DNA from: an uncultured Oscillibacter sp.
Lineage (GTDB): Bacteria > Bacillota > Clostridia > Oscillospirales > Oscillospiraceae
Direction of reading: 5' to 3'
Assembly (NCBI GenBank): GCA_910585245.1
Contig: CAJUCO010000008.1
Location: forward strand, 3,410 to 67,409
Length of the DNA stretch: 64,000 bases
Shown: positions 28,459 through 38,793 of the stretch, in pieces
Position numbering within the stretch: position 1 is the stretch's first letter
How the letters are laid out: each line of letters begins with the position of its first letter
Made by a program: the position numbers and the translations under genes
Notes under the pieces: generated by a model
The model's input: the letters and a program-made list of their open reading frames with translations, nothing else
Database searches by the model: none
What the model was told of the DNA's origin: nothing

Positions 28459-28890
28459 ATGAACATTGACAGCATCCAAAACGGCGTGGTCCTGGACCAT
28501 ATCCAGGCGGGGAAGAGCATGGACATCTACAAATACCTCCACCTGGACCAGCTGGACTGCTCCGTGGCCATTATCAAAAATGTCCGCAGTGGCCGGATGG
28601 GGAAAAAAGACATCATCAAAATTGACTCCCCCCTGGATGTGGACGTGGACGTGCTGGGCTATATTGACGACAAAATCACCGTCAATGTCATCCGGGAGGG
28701 CCGGCGGGTGGAAAAGCGCCGCCTGGAGCCCCCGAAAAAGCTGGTGAACATCATCCGCTGCAAGAACCCCCGGTGCATCACCGTGGCGGAGCCCCAGCTG
28801 GACGCCATTTTCCTCCTCAGCGACCCGGAGCGGCACGTCTACCGCTGCGCCTACTGCGACACGGCCAAGGGCAAGAAAAAGGATGTTTAA
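28459..28890 (+). CDS. pyrI: aspartate carbamoyltransferase regulatory subunit
   Basis: NGVVLDHI, KKDIIKI, CKNPRCIT, CAYC zinc motif. Confidence 0.93.
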   Translation: MNIDSIQNGVVLDHIQAGKSMDIYKYLHLDQLDCSVAIIKNVRSGRMGKKDIIKIDSPLDVDVDVLGYIDDKITVNVIREGRRVEKRRLEPPKKLVNIIRCKNPRCITVAEPQLDAIFLLSDPERHVYRCAYCDTAKGKKKDV

Positions 28891-28929
28891 CCCGGAGGGG
28901 CGGAGCTTGGGAGGGAAAGGGCTACGGCG

Positions 28930-29445
28930 ATGTACGAATTAATCCGTTCCCGGCGAAAGACCCTGGCCCTGGAGGTTACCACCGATGGGCGCGTGGTGGT
29001 CCGGGCGCCCAACCGTCTGGCTAAAGACCGGATTGACGCCTTCGTTGCCGCCCACGCCGCCTGGATTGAAAAGCACCTGACCCTTCAAAGGGAGCGGGCC
29101 GCCCGGCGCCCACCCGCCCCCACCGGGGCGGAGATCCAGGCGCTAAAAGCCCGGGCCAGGGCGGAGCTGCCGGAAAAAATCGCCCGCTGGAGCGAGAGAA
29201 TGGGCGTGGTCCCCACCGGGTTCCGGGTGACCGAGGCCCGGAAACGCTATGGAAGTTGCAGCGGGAAAAACAGCTTGTGCTTTTCCTGCTTTTTGATGAA
29301 CTGCCCGGAGGAGGCGGTGGAACTGGTGGTGGTTCACGAGCTCTGCCACATCCGGGAGAAGAACCACGGGCCGGGATTCTACGCCCTGCTGGAGCAATAT
29401 CTCCCGGACTGGCGGGAGAGGAAAAAGCGCCTTACCATGATTTGA
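28930..29445 (+). CDS. YgjP/DUF45 (M48-like) metal-dependent hydrolase
   Basis: SRRKTLAL, VRAP, YGSCS, VVHELCH, NHGPGFY. Confidence 0.85.
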   Translation: MYELIRSRRKTLALEVTTDGRVVVRAPNRLAKDRIDAFVAAHAAWIEKHLTLQRERAARRPPAPTGAEIQALKARARAELPEKIARWSERMGVVPTGFRVTEARKRYGSCSGKNSLCFSCFLMNCPEEAVELVVVHELCHIREKNHGPGFYALLEQYLPDWRERKKRLTMI

Positions 29446-29459
29446 AACGGAGGACGGAT

Positions 29460-30164
29460 ATGGAAAAGCTGAATTTGACGGATTTGTTGCGGGCGAACTC
29501 CTACCCCGGGCGGGGCATCGTCCTGGGGAAGAGCGCAAAGGGCGAACACGCCGTGGCCCTGTACTTCATCATGGGCCGGAGTGAAAACTCCCGGAACCGC
29601 CGATTTGTCCCCACGGAGGACGGCATCCGCACCGAGGCCGCGGACGCCGCCAAGATGACGGACCCCAGCCTCATCATCTATCACCCCGTGCGGAAGGTGG
29701 ACCGGGGACTCATTGTCACAAACGGCGACCAAACGGACACAATCCGGGACTATATCCAGGAGGGCCGGACCTTCACCCAGGCCCTGAAAACCAGGACCTT
29801 CGAGCCGGACGAACCCAACTACACCCCCCGGATCTCCGGCCTTTTGAGTCCTGACGGAGGCTTCCAACTCTCCATTTTGAAAAGCGCGGAGGGAGACCCT
29901 GTCTGTTGCTGCCGGTATTTTTACCACTACGACGCGCCCCTTGCCGGAGAGGGCCGCTTCCTTCACACCTACCTGGGAGACGGAAAGCCGCTGCCTTCCT
30001 TTGCGGGGGACCCGGAGCGGGTCCGTCTGGACGCGGACACGCCGGAACTCCTGGCGGACCAGGTCTGGGAGGCGCTGCACCCGGAGAACAAAATCGCCCT
30101 GTTTGTCCGGTTTGTGAACCTTGCGGACGGAACCCACCAAGACGTGATTCGAAACCGCTATTGA
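29460..30164 (+). CDS. IMP cyclohydrolase-like protein (PurO-type Ntn fold)
   Basis: YPGRGI, YFIMGRSENSRNR, DPSLIIY, TNGDQTD, EPDEPNYTPRISG. Confidence 0.85.
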   Translation: MEKLNLTDLLRANSYPGRGIVLGKSAKGEHAVALYFIMGRSENSRNRRFVPTEDGIRTEAADAAKMTDPSLIIYHPVRKVDRGLIVTNGDQTDTIRDYIQEGRTFTQALKTRTFEPDEPNYTPRISGLLSPDGGFQLSILKSAEGDPVCCCRYFYHYDAPLAGEGRFLHTYLGDGKPLPSFAGDPERVRLDADTPELLADQVWEALHPENKIALFVRFVNLADGTHQDVIRNRY

Positions 30165-30210
30165 GGAAAGCCGCGCTGGGGGAGAGGGGCTCCCATAGCC
30201 GGTGGAGTTG

Positions 30211-30251
30211 AAAACGGTGGACAAAAGGCATTGCCTTTTGTCCACCGTTTT
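30211..30251 (+). terminator. strong hairpin terminator followed by a degenerate family-B repeat
   Basis: AAAACGGTGGACAAAAGGC-ATT-GCCTTTTGTCCACCGTTTT; the next bases AGCTTGTCAAAAAAG resemble the family-B end. Confidence 0.75.
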
Positions 30252-30506
30252 AGCTTGTCAAAAAAGCGCTGTTTAAAATGGAGGGGAAAGGAAAAGCGCC
30301 GCTTTCCAAAGAGCGGAGAAGAGCCGCGAGAAAGCCCTCCGGAGGTCTCCTCATGTTCCGCTGGACGCGTCTGGAAACCCTTTGAAAACGCTCAACCACC
30401 TGCCTGAGCCGGTGGGAGGGGGCTTTAACAACCCGGGCAGGCGGGCAAAAAGAGGGCCTTTGCCTGGAAACAGGCCGCCATGGGTGCTCCGCGTTCCCCG
30501 GTTTTG

Positions 30507-31832
30507 TCAATCCGCCGTCCGGCAATCGAGTCGCCGTTTGTCCTCCCGGATTTTCAGGACTATCGCCAGCAACGCCGAGAGAATTCTTGATAAAACCGTA
30601 CCCCACCAGATCATAATTTGCCCGCCGAACAACGGGGGCAGGGGGAACAAAAGCACAAACATAAACAGCGGCTCGCTGAAGGTCAGAATATAGGAGAGGT
30701 AGCTTTTTTCCGTGGCGTAAAAACTTGCGGTGGTGATGCGGAGGATGACGATAAAGGGTTCGGCGACCAGGAAGATGGGCACCACCTTCGCAATTTCCAG
30801 ATTCACGGCCAAGGATGCTCCGAAGGACGCGCCAAGGTGTTCTCTTGTCCAATACATCAGAATGCAGCCGATGATAGACAAAAACATTCCAAAGCCATAG
30901 GCCAGTTTTTCCGTCTGTTTCAGTCTCCCGGCGTTTTTTTCGCCGTAGTACCAGCTGAGCAACGGCTGGCTTCCGTCTCCCACTCCCTGCACGATCATGT
31001 GAATCACGCAAATTACATAGGCAATACAGGCATAGGTGGCAATGGCCAAATCTCCCCCATAGGAGACGGAGAAACGGTTGATGATAATTAAGGAGATGTT
31101 CGGGGACATGGTCAGCGCAAAGGGCGCCATGCCGGTTTTCAGTATGGACGCGGTTACGGTTCTCAGTTTTGAAAGGGGGAGGTTCAGCGTAAAGCGCCGG
31201 TTGCGCAACAAGTAGGCAAGCGCCAGCAACATGGTAACGCCCTGACCTAAAACCGTGGCCCATGCCGCGCCGGAAACGCCCTGCCGCCATACCCATACGA
31301 ACAGGTAGTCGAGAACAATATTGGTGGCAAAGCCCGCCGTCATGGAGACCATGGCGTAAAATGGGTCGCCGTAATTGCGGATGAACGGCACAAATCCCGT
31401 GCCAAATACCTGCAAAGCCGCCCCCAACGCGATGACCGCAATGTATTCTTTCGCCATTGCCAGCAGCTCCCCGCCGGCTCCCAGGCATTTTAAAAGGAAG
31501 CCGTTTAGAAGGGAGAGAGAACTTGTCAAAAGGACGCCTGCGAAAATCAGTATCCAAAAGGCCCCGGCGGTAAACTCCCTTGCCTGGGCGTCCTTCTTCT
31601 CTGCAGTGTAGATGGAATAGTAGATGGCGCCGCCCATTCCGATTCCCGTGCCCAGCGCCTGTATCACCGCAACAATGGGATAGGCGATACTCACGGCGGA
31701 AAGCCCCAAGTCGCCCAGGCTGTTTCCCACAAAAAAACCGTCCGCAATGGAGTAAACTCCCGACAGGGCAAAGGACAGTACCGACGGGATCACGGCCCGA
31801 AAAAAGATTTTGACATCGTGTGTTTGTCTCAT
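30507..31832 (-). CDS. MATE family efflux transporter
   Basis: YSIADGFFVG, NIVLDYLF, GVSGAAWAT, GSQPLLS; ~12 TM segments. Confidence 0.92.
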   Translation of the reverse strand: MRQTHDVKIFFRAVIPSVLSFALSGVYSIADGFFVGNSLGDLGLSAVSIAYPIVAVIQALGTGIGMGGAIYYSIYTAEKKDAQAREFTAGAFWILIFAGVLLTSSLSLLNGFLLKCLGAGGELLAMAKEYIAVIALGAALQVFGTGFVPFIRNYGDPFYAMVSMTAGFATNIVLDYLFVWVWRQGVSGAAWATVLGQGVTMLLALAYLLRNRRFTLNLPLSKLRTVTASILKTGMAPFALTMSPNISLIIINRFSVSYGGDLAIATYACIAYVICVIHMIVQGVGDGSQPLLSWYYGEKNAGRLKQTEKLAYGFGMFLSIIGCILMYWTREHLGASFGASLAVNLEIAKVVPIFLVAEPFIVILRITTASFYATEKSYLSYILTFSEPLFMFVLLFPLPPLFGGQIMIWWGTVLSRILSALLAIVLKIREDKRRLDCRTAD

Positions 31833-32281
31833 GGCCCCGCTCCCTCCGCCCTGGTGAAAAGTTCCAAAAACAGGGCCATGTTCTCGTTTAGCTGCTGCAT
31901 ACGCTCTACGCCTATTTCCTTTATTACAGAGAGTTCCAGGCGCCGGAGCTCCAGGAGAATGGGGGCGGCGTACGCCTCTCCCGCCGCCGTAAAACGGATG
32001 ACTTTGTTTCTCTTGTCCTGGGGCATGGGAAACAGCTCCACAAATCCCCGGCGCTCAAAATCCTTGAAAACCATGTGCACCGTCTGCTTGGGAATCCGCC
32101 ACCTCTGGCTGATTTTTTTCTGCGTACACGCGTCCCCGCCGTTGTAGATCGCGTCCAGTACCCACAAACTGTTGACGGACAGCCCATGGGCTTTCGCCCA
32201 TTCTTCGTACACGTAGTTATACTCTTGCCATACCGCGTAGTATCGGTTCAGCTGTTCCACCAAAGCGGGATCACAGATCAT
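31829..32281 (-). CDS. MarR family transcriptional regulator
   Basis: CTQKKIS...PKQTV...DKRNKVIRFT; upstream GTACA-N4-TGTAC operators at 32305-32318 and 32332-32345 around TATAAT. Confidence 0.88.
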   Translation of the reverse strand: MICDPALVEQLNRYYAVWQEYNYVYEEWAKAHGLSVNSLWVLDAIYNGGDACTQKKISQRWRIPKQTVHMVFKDFERRGFVELFPMPQDKRNKVIRFTAAGEAYAAPILLELRRLELSVIKEIGVERMQQLNENMALFLELFTRAEGAGP

Positions 32282-32666
32282 AACGGGCCTCCCCAAACGT
32301 ATTTGTACAGTTATGTACCATTTACATTATAGTCCAGAAATGTACCTTTTGTCGATCTGGTAATTTTAGACAAAGATCGACGGGGAAAGTTGGCGTTTTG
32401 GAGATGCTCCGGGGCAAGCGGACCGGGGGATGTTCCCGGATTTTGCGCAAAACCGCCGGAGGAGCTGCGTGGGTGGTAAGGGTGGGGGCGGGGTCCAAGC
32501 ATCTTTCCGCCGCCACCGCTTTGGCCAAAGGGCTTGACGGCCATACGGGGTGCGGGTTGACAGGGGAAACAGGATTTTCCCATTTCCCCCTTCCCCCGGG
32601 ACGCCAACTGCGGTATACTGTGACTATCAAAACCACCGGCCCTCTCTGGGCGGAACGGAGGACCCT

Positions 32667-35600
32667 ATGGAACAGCTCTATTTGGACATGAAAAGCGCCT
32701 TTCAGGAAGAGGCCTTTTTACGCAAGCTGGCCTCCCCCAAGGACGGCGTAGCGGCGCTGTTTGAGACTGTGGACTGGCCCGCTTTACTGGCGCCCCTGTT
32801 GCCCATTCAAAAACGCCTCTCGTGTAAAGAGGCCCTTGCGGCCTTCCGCCCCGTTTTGGAGCGCGTGGCGTTGGAGCCGGAGGAGGGCTGGGCCCTTTAC
32901 GCCTACCATGTGGCGCTCACGTTGCTGTTCCCCCAGGAGGACCCCGCCCACACCCCCCGGCAGCGGGACGGGGCGCTGTGCGCGCTCCAGTTCCTCCGGA
33001 CGCTTTTGGACGCGGAGCGGGCTGCGGTGCCCTTTGACTTTTGGCTGGATTTTGCCTTTTGCACCGAGGAGGAGCTGGAAGCCAGCAACTTGGCGGAGGA
33101 GTACCGGCAGTTTCTCCGCCGCTGGCGGGAGGAGTATGTCTACGAGCTTCTCCGCCTGGGCCGGGAGGTGACCTCCTTCCGCACCTGCGAGCACATCGCC
33201 GGGGTCCACCATGTGTCCATGACGGTTTCCAGGGCCTTTAAGGCCGGGGGCGGGAAAATCGACCTGGGGCTTATCTCCGCCGCCGCCGCGGGCCACGACA
33301 TTGGAAAGTTTGGCTGCAAGCCCGGGGAGCGGGTACCCTATCTCCACTACTACTACACAGACCAGTGGTTTTCCTGGCGGGGTCTGGGGGCCCTGGGGCG
33401 CATTGCGGCCAACCACTCCGTATGGGACCTGGAGCTGGAGAACCTGTCCTCCGAATCCCTGGTGCTGGTTTACGCGGACTTCCGGGTGAAGCAGGAGCGG
33501 CTTGACGGCGGCGGGGAGATTGCCCGGTTGTTCTCCCTGGGGGACGCCTTCGAGGTGATCCTCTCCAAGCTGGACAACGTGGACGCGGCCAAGCGGCGGC
33601 GGTACAACTACGTCTATTTGAAGCTCCGGGATTTTGAGGGTTACCTCCAATCCTTCGGCGTGGACGTGACGCTGGAGAGTTCCGGCGGCGCGCCGCTGCC
33701 GCGAAAGGACCCCTCTTTGATGAACGAGGACGAGGTGGTGTTGGGCCTTCGCCGCACGGCGGTGGACCATAACATCCGCCTCATGCACCGGCTGAGCCGG
33801 GAGCGGCTCTTCGTCGCCACCTTGGAGGCGGCGAGAGGGGAGAAGGACCCTGGCCGTATACGGGCCTATGTCTCTGTTTTCCGGGAGTATTTCACCTATT
33901 GGACGGTGGAGCAGAAGGAGCAGACTCTGGAATTTCTCTATGAGCTGCTGCTCCAGCCTGACGGGGACATTCGCCGCCAGGCGGCGGGGCTCATGGGGCG
34001 GATTCTCTCCAAGTTCCTCTCGGGCTACAAAAAGGAACTGCCCCAGGGAGTGTCGCCCAGCCCCCAGGAGGAGCGGCCCTTTGAGCTGTGGGCGGAATAC
34101 CTGGAAAAGTTCATCCATCCGGACCGCCGCCTCACCCCCCGGCAGATCAGCATGATCCGCTACCAGGCCAAGACCGCGGCGGACACCCTTCTGGGCGGCT
34201 GTGACCACGAGGACTTTCCCCGCTTTTCCGAGCTTCTCTTCCGCCACTACCAAAACCCCGCCGCCGAGACGGAAGAGGGGGCCTTCGCCCTGATGAACAC
34301 GGCGCTAAACCTCCCCATGGAGCGCGTCGCGCCCCGGGACGTGGACCTTCTGGCAGGGTTTGCCTCCTGGTGGTTGGAACGGGGCGAGGCCCCCCAGCAG
34401 GCCGCCGCCATGCGCCTCAGCCGCCGTCTCCTGCCGGTGCTGGAGAAGGACTCCCCCCAGCGGCGGGCCGTGGCCCAGGCCGTGGGCGCGGCGGACTGCC
34501 GGTCTTCTACACCGCTTTTGTACCTCCAGGCCCGCCTGGGAAAGACCCTGGGCCTGGACGTGGACGGCTATCAGACCCAGCTGGACCAGGGGGAGGCCGC
34601 CAGCGGCGTGTTCTTGGACAATTTGAAAACCGCCACGCCCTGGGTTTTGAAGGCCGTGGGCGTGGAGTATCTGCTGGACCAGGCCCGGCGGGGAGAGGCG
34701 GCCAACGCCCTCCACATTGCCACGCACTTTTCCAACCTCATGAAGGTCAGCGAAAACGTGGTGGTCCGGCGTCTCGCGGGAAACGCCCTGCTGGACATCG
34801 CCCCCATGCTGACGCCTCCCCGGCGCAACGAGGTGGCCGTGGAGCTTTGCGAAGCGTTGGAAACCGGACAGTCGGAGATCTCCCAGTACATCCCCCGGTA
34901 TCTGGGGCAGTTCCTTTTGTGGCTCACCCCCCGGGAGTTGGACGAGATTCTGGACGAGCTGCTCCGCTTCCTCTCCTCCTCCAGCGCCAATGTGGCGGCC
35001 GGAGCCCTTGGCACCGTGGGGGCTTTGTTGGAACACTACCGGGTCTACGGACGGCGGTTCCACGAACCGGAGGAGGTTTTGGACCGCCGCCGCAAGCGGA
35101 TGGCAGGCCTTCTTTTAAAGGGGCTGGCCTCCTGCATGGAGCCTGTGCGGCAGGAGGCCCTGCGGGTTCTGGGGGAGGGGCTGTTTGCCTCCGAGGTGTT
35201 GCCCTATGACGACAAAGTCAGCCTGTTCACCCTGGTTGCCAAAAAGCTCCTCTTCCTCATCGGCGAGCAGCCCGGAGGGGAGTTGACCTTTTTCCACACC
35301 GCCGCCGCCCTCTCCCACATCTACCGCTTCGCCGTGACGCACCGCATTGAGAGCGGCCCCTTCCACTTTGAGTGGCGGGATAAGGCCGCCGCCTTCTTCC
35401 CCGGCACTTTCGACCCCTTCTCCCTCTCCCACAAGGGCATCGTCACCGCCATCCGGGACTTGGGCATGGAGGTCTATCTGGCGGTGGACGAGTTCTCCTG
35501 GTCCAAAAAGGCCCAGCCCTCTCTGATCCGGCGGCAGATCGTCAGTATGTCGGTTGCCGACGAGTTTGACGTCTACCTCTTCCCCCATGACATCCCCGTA

Positions 35601-37460
35601 AATCTGGCGACACCGGCGGACCTCCTCCGCCTGCGGCAGGTGTTTTGGGGCCGGGAGCTGTATTTGGTGGTGGGGTCCGACGTGGTGGCGGGAGCCTCGT
35701 CCTATCAGGCCCCGCCCCAGGAGGGTTCCGTCCACTCCCTGAATCACATTGTCTTTCGCCGCTCCAGCGACGCCGAGGGCCGGGAGATTGAGGCGGACCT
35801 CTCCCGTATCACCGGCCATGTGATCCAGCTCCAGCTGCCCACGCACCTGGAGGACATCAGCTCCACCCGCATCCGGGAGAACATCGACCTGGGCCGGGAC
35901 ATCTCCAACCTGGTGGACCCCACGGTGCAGGACCTCATTTACCGCAACAGCCTCTACCTCCGGGAACCCCAGTACAAACAGCTGGTCCGGGCCAGCTTCC
36001 TGGACTTCGCCCGGATTGCCGAGCCGGCCCCGGCCCTCTGGGAGGAGCTGACAAAGACCCTGGGCCCCATGCCGGCCCCGGACCCCAGGGACAGTGTGTT
36101 TGTCCTCCGCGCCTCCGGCCCCCGGCCCCGGATTCTGGGCTGTCTCACCAGCCGGGTGCTCAACTCCGGGGAACTTTACAACGCCTTTGGCAGCGAGGAG
36201 CTGGCGAATTTCGTCCGCACCCGGACGGCGGGGCGAATCCAGCTTTTGACGGGGCTTTGGACGGTCCGGGCCCCCGGGGGAAACTACGACGTGGGCCAGC
36301 TCCTTTTGACAGAGGTGTTGACCCGCGCGGCGGAGGAGGACTGCGGCTACGCGGTGTGGTGGGGCCCCGCCAGCCGGGAACAGACGGATATGCTCCGCCG
36401 CCAGGGGTTCCTCCCGGCGGAGCTGGAGACGCCGCGGGCCCTGTTGCTGGTGGATATGCGCTCCCCGGCGGTATTGGTGCAAAACATCCCCACCACCTTG
36501 AAAGAGCCCTTCGCCTCGGACCGGCAGGTGCTGCTTGCCATGGCCACGGCCCACCTCCGCTTCCAGGAGGCGGTCTGCGGCCTGTACCCCGGAAAGTTGG
36601 TGCTGTCGCTCAACGCGGAGGTTATTTACCACCGCTTAGTCCGGAAGCTGACGGAGGAAAACGGCGTACCCGCCGAGCCTCAGACTCCCCGGGTTCTGGG
36701 GCCCAAGATGTGCGTACCCTTTGGCAAGATCCTCCGGGGCAACGCGGTGCCCAACACCGTCACCAAAACCATACACACCGACAAGGTCTTCGCCCCGGAT
36801 CTTCACTCGTTTACCATTGCCCCCTTCCCAGGCTACGCGCCTCTGGAGAGCCAGATCCGGACTATCCGCTCCTTCCGCCGTCCCGTTATGCTGGTGGACG
36901 ACCTGCTCCACACCGGCAACCGGATGAACGCCCTGGACCCCCTCTTCCGGCAAGAGGAGCTGGAGATCGACCGCTGTGTGGTGGGCCTCCTCTCCGGCCG
37001 GGGGCGGGACCTGATGGCCGCCCGGGGGCGGAAGGTGGACAGCGTCTACTTTGTGCCGGACCTTCAGGCCTGGTTCGTGGAGTCTACCATGTATCCCTTC
37101 ATCGGCGGAGACGCCGTGGACAAGGCGGCGGCCTCCGTTCCGGGGCTGACGCCGGCGGTGAACCTGATTTTACCCTATGCCTTTCCCCGGTTCTACCGGC
37201 GCAGCCACCGGGAGGCGGCGTTCCGCTTTTCCCAGACCTGTCTGGAAAACAGCCGCAGTCTCCTCCTGGCTCTGGAGCGGGCCTACCGGGAGCGCTACGC
37301 TCGGAACCTGACCCTCTCCCGCCTTAGCGAGGCGGTAATTCTCCCCTTAAGTCCCGACAAGGGGGCGGCTTTGCGGTACGACCCGAATCTCTCCGCCTCC
37401 GTGTGCCTGGAGAGCGACCTCAGGCAGCTGGACCGGATGAAGCGGTTGATGGAGGAATGA
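32667..37460 (+). CDS. 1597-aa multidomain protein: HD domain + helical repeats + HxGH-type nucleotidyltransferase + phosphoribosyltransferase-like domain
   Basis: GGAGG RBS; EHIAGV...GHDIGK...H...NH...YAD; FFPGTFDPFSLSH...VVGSD...ISSTRIRE; VMLVDDLLHTG. Confidence 0.85.
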   Translation: MEQLYLDMKSAFQEEAFLRKLASPKDGVAALFETVDWPALLAPLLPIQKRLSCKEALAAFRPVLERVALEPEEGWALYAYHVALTLLFPQEDPAHTPRQRDGALCALQFLRTLLDAERAAVPFDFWLDFAFCTEEELEASNLAEEYRQFLRRWREEYVYELLRLGREVTSFRTCEHIAGVHHVSMTVSRAFKAGGGKIDLGLISAAAAGHDIGKFGCKPGERVPYLHYYYTDQWFSWRGLGALGRIAANHSVWDLELENLSSESLVLVYADFRVKQERLDGGGEIARLFSLGDAFEVILSKLDNVDAAKRRRYNYVYLKLRDFEGYLQSFGVDVTLESSGGAPLPRKDPSLMNEDEVVLGLRRTAVDHNIRLMHRLSRERLFVATLEAARGEKDPGRIRAYVSVFREYFTYWTVEQKEQTLEFLYELLLQPDGDIRRQAAGLMGRILSKFLSGYKKELPQGVSPSPQEERPFELWAEYLEKFIHPDRRLTPRQISMIRYQAKTAADTLLGGCDHEDFPRFSELLFRHYQNPAAETEEGAFALMNTALNLPMERVAPRDVDLLAGFASWWLERGEAPQQAAAMRLSRRLLPVLEKDSPQRRAVAQAVGAADCRSSTPLLYLQARLGKTLGLDVDGYQTQLDQGEAASGVFLDNLKTATPWVLKAVGVEYLLDQARRGEAANALHIATHFSNLMKVSENVVVRRLAGNALLDIAPMLTPPRRNEVAVELCEALETGQSEISQYIPRYLGQFLLWLTPRELDEILDELLRFLSSSSANVAAGALGTVGALLEHYRVYGRRFHEPEEVLDRRRKRMAGLLLKGLASCMEPVRQEALRVLGEGLFASEVLPYDDKVSLFTLVAKKLLFLIGEQPGGELTFFHTAAALSHIYRFAVTHRIESGPFHFEWRDKAAAFFPGTFDPFSLSHKGIVTAIRDLGMEVYLAVDEFSWSKKAQPSLIRRQIVSMSVADEFDVYLFPHDIPVNLATPADLLRLRQVFWGRELYLVVGSDVVAGASSYQAPPQEGSVHSLNHIVFRRSSDAEGREIEADLSRITGHVIQLQLPTHLEDISSTRIRENIDLGRDISNLVDPTVQDLIYRNSLYLREPQYKQLVRASFLDFARIAEPAPALWEELTKTLGPMPAPDPRDSVFVLRASGPRPRILGCLTSRVLNSGELYNAFGSEELANFVRTRTAGRIQLLTGLWTVRAPGGNYDVGQLLLTEVLTRAAEEDCGYAVWWGPASREQTDMLRRQGFLPAELETPRALLLVDMRSPAVLVQNIPTTLKEPFASDRQVLLAMATAHLRFQEAVCGLYPGKLVLSLNAEVIYHRLVRKLTEENGVPAEPQTPRVLGPKMCVPFGKILRGNAVPNTVTKTIHTDKVFAPDLHSFTIAPFPGYAPLESQIRTIRSFRRPVMLVDDLLHTGNRMNALDPLFRQEELEIDRCVVGLLSGRGRDLMAARGRKVDSVYFVPDLQAWFVESTMYPFIGGDAVDKAAASVPGLTPAVNLILPYAFPRFYRRSHREAAFRFSQTCLENSRSLLLALERAYRERYARNLTLSRLSEAVILPLSPDKGAALRYDPNLSASVCLESDLRQLDRMKRLMEE

Positions 37461-37528
37461 GACGGAGGCTGCGGGTCCCGGCGGCCCGGCAAAGGCGCGT
37501 TTTCAGCAACGGAAAGAAGGAGAGCAGC

Positions 37529-38779
37529 ATGACGGATGTATTTCACTACCAAATCCATGGGCGGGAGGCGGTTTCCGCGAAAGGGGACCTGCCCTTTCCC
37601 GCCGGGACCGGGGCTCCGCCGGAGCTGTTTGCGGTTTACCGGGACCCGGTTTTGAGTCCGGCTGTCTGGAAGGTGACGGACGGGCGGCAGCTGACGCAGG
37701 ACCGGGCGGACGTATCCTGGCTGGCCCCCCGGCGAATGGGACCCCCGGTGGAATGGCCGCCTGAGGTTTGCGCCGCCCTGGCGGCGGGGCGATTGACGGG
37801 GGTGAACCTGCGGCATCCCCGCTGGGAGCGGGCACTGGAGTTTACCGCGGCCAAGGCCGGGAAAAAGCGGGTCCACCTTCTGGCCCTGGGCGACGTGGGG
37901 GGAACTTTGCTGACAGCCCTGAAGCTCCTGGGCGGGGACGTGATCTCCTCCATCGGCGTTTGCGATTTGAGCGAAAAGACCGTGGATCGCTGGGTGGCGG
38001 AGATGGGCCAGATTTCCTGGCCCTGGGACTACGGAGACCTGCCCGAGGTGGAGGCAGTGGGGCCGGAGGCGCTTTTTGACTGCGACGTGTTCCTCTTTGC
38101 CGCCACCAGGGCTGTCCCGGCGGTGGGCAGCGGCGTGAAGGACGTGCGCATGGCCCAGCTGGAGGCCAACCGCCCTTTGGTAGAGTCCTTTGCCCGGCAG
38201 GCCCGGGGGGCGGATTTTCAGGGGCTCTTTGTGGTTCTCAGCGACCCGGTGGACCAGCTGTGCCAAGCGGCCTGGTGGGCCTCCAACGTCTGTGAGGAGA
38301 CGGAATATCCGGACCTTCAGGGACTGCTTCCCGAGCAGGTGCAGGGCTTTGGCCTGGGGGTGATGAACGCCCGGGCGGCGTATTTCGCTATGAGGGACCC
38401 CCGGTTTGCCTCCTTTCTCACGGAGGGGCGGACCTTTGGCCCCCATGGGCGGGGGCTGGTGGTGGCCAATTCTGTGGAACACTACGACGGCGGCCTCTCC
38501 CAGGAGTTGACCCGCCTGACGGTGGAGGCAAATCTTCGCATCCGGGACCTGGGCTTTAAGCCCTATGTGGCCCCCGCCGTGTCCTCCGGAGCCATGCAGC
38601 TGCTTCTCAGCCTCCGGGGACAGTGGCACTGCGGCTCCGTGCCCCTGGGAGGGGTGTGGTTCGGGTGCAAAAACCGCTTTACCCCCTGTGGCCTGGAGTG
38701 GGAGACCCTGGACCTGCCGGACGCCCTGTTTGCCCGGCTCCGGGAGACGGAGGGGATTTTGCAGGAGCTTTCCGAGTGA
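37529..38779 (+). CDS. lactate/malate dehydrogenase-fold oxidoreductase with N-terminal extension
   Basis: ALGDVG Rossmann motif, VRMAQLEAN, SDPVD, GLGVMNAR, GPHG. Confidence 0.8.
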   Translation: MTDVFHYQIHGREAVSAKGDLPFPAGTGAPPELFAVYRDPVLSPAVWKVTDGRQLTQDRADVSWLAPRRMGPPVEWPPEVCAALAAGRLTGVNLRHPRWERALEFTAAKAGKKRVHLLALGDVGGTLLTALKLLGGDVISSIGVCDLSEKTVDRWVAEMGQISWPWDYGDLPEVEAVGPEALFDCDVFLFAATRAVPAVGSGVKDVRMAQLEANRPLVESFARQARGADFQGLFVVLSDPVDQLCQAAWWASNVCEETEYPDLQGLLPEQVQGFGLGVMNARAAYFAMRDPRFASFLTEGRTFGPHGRGLVVANSVEHYDGGLSQELTRLTVEANLRIRDLGFKPYVAPAVSSGAMQLLLSLRGQWHCGSVPLGGVWFGCKNRFTPCGLEWETLDLPDALFARLRETEGILQELSE

Positions 38780-38793
38780 GGAGGGGGGAAACT

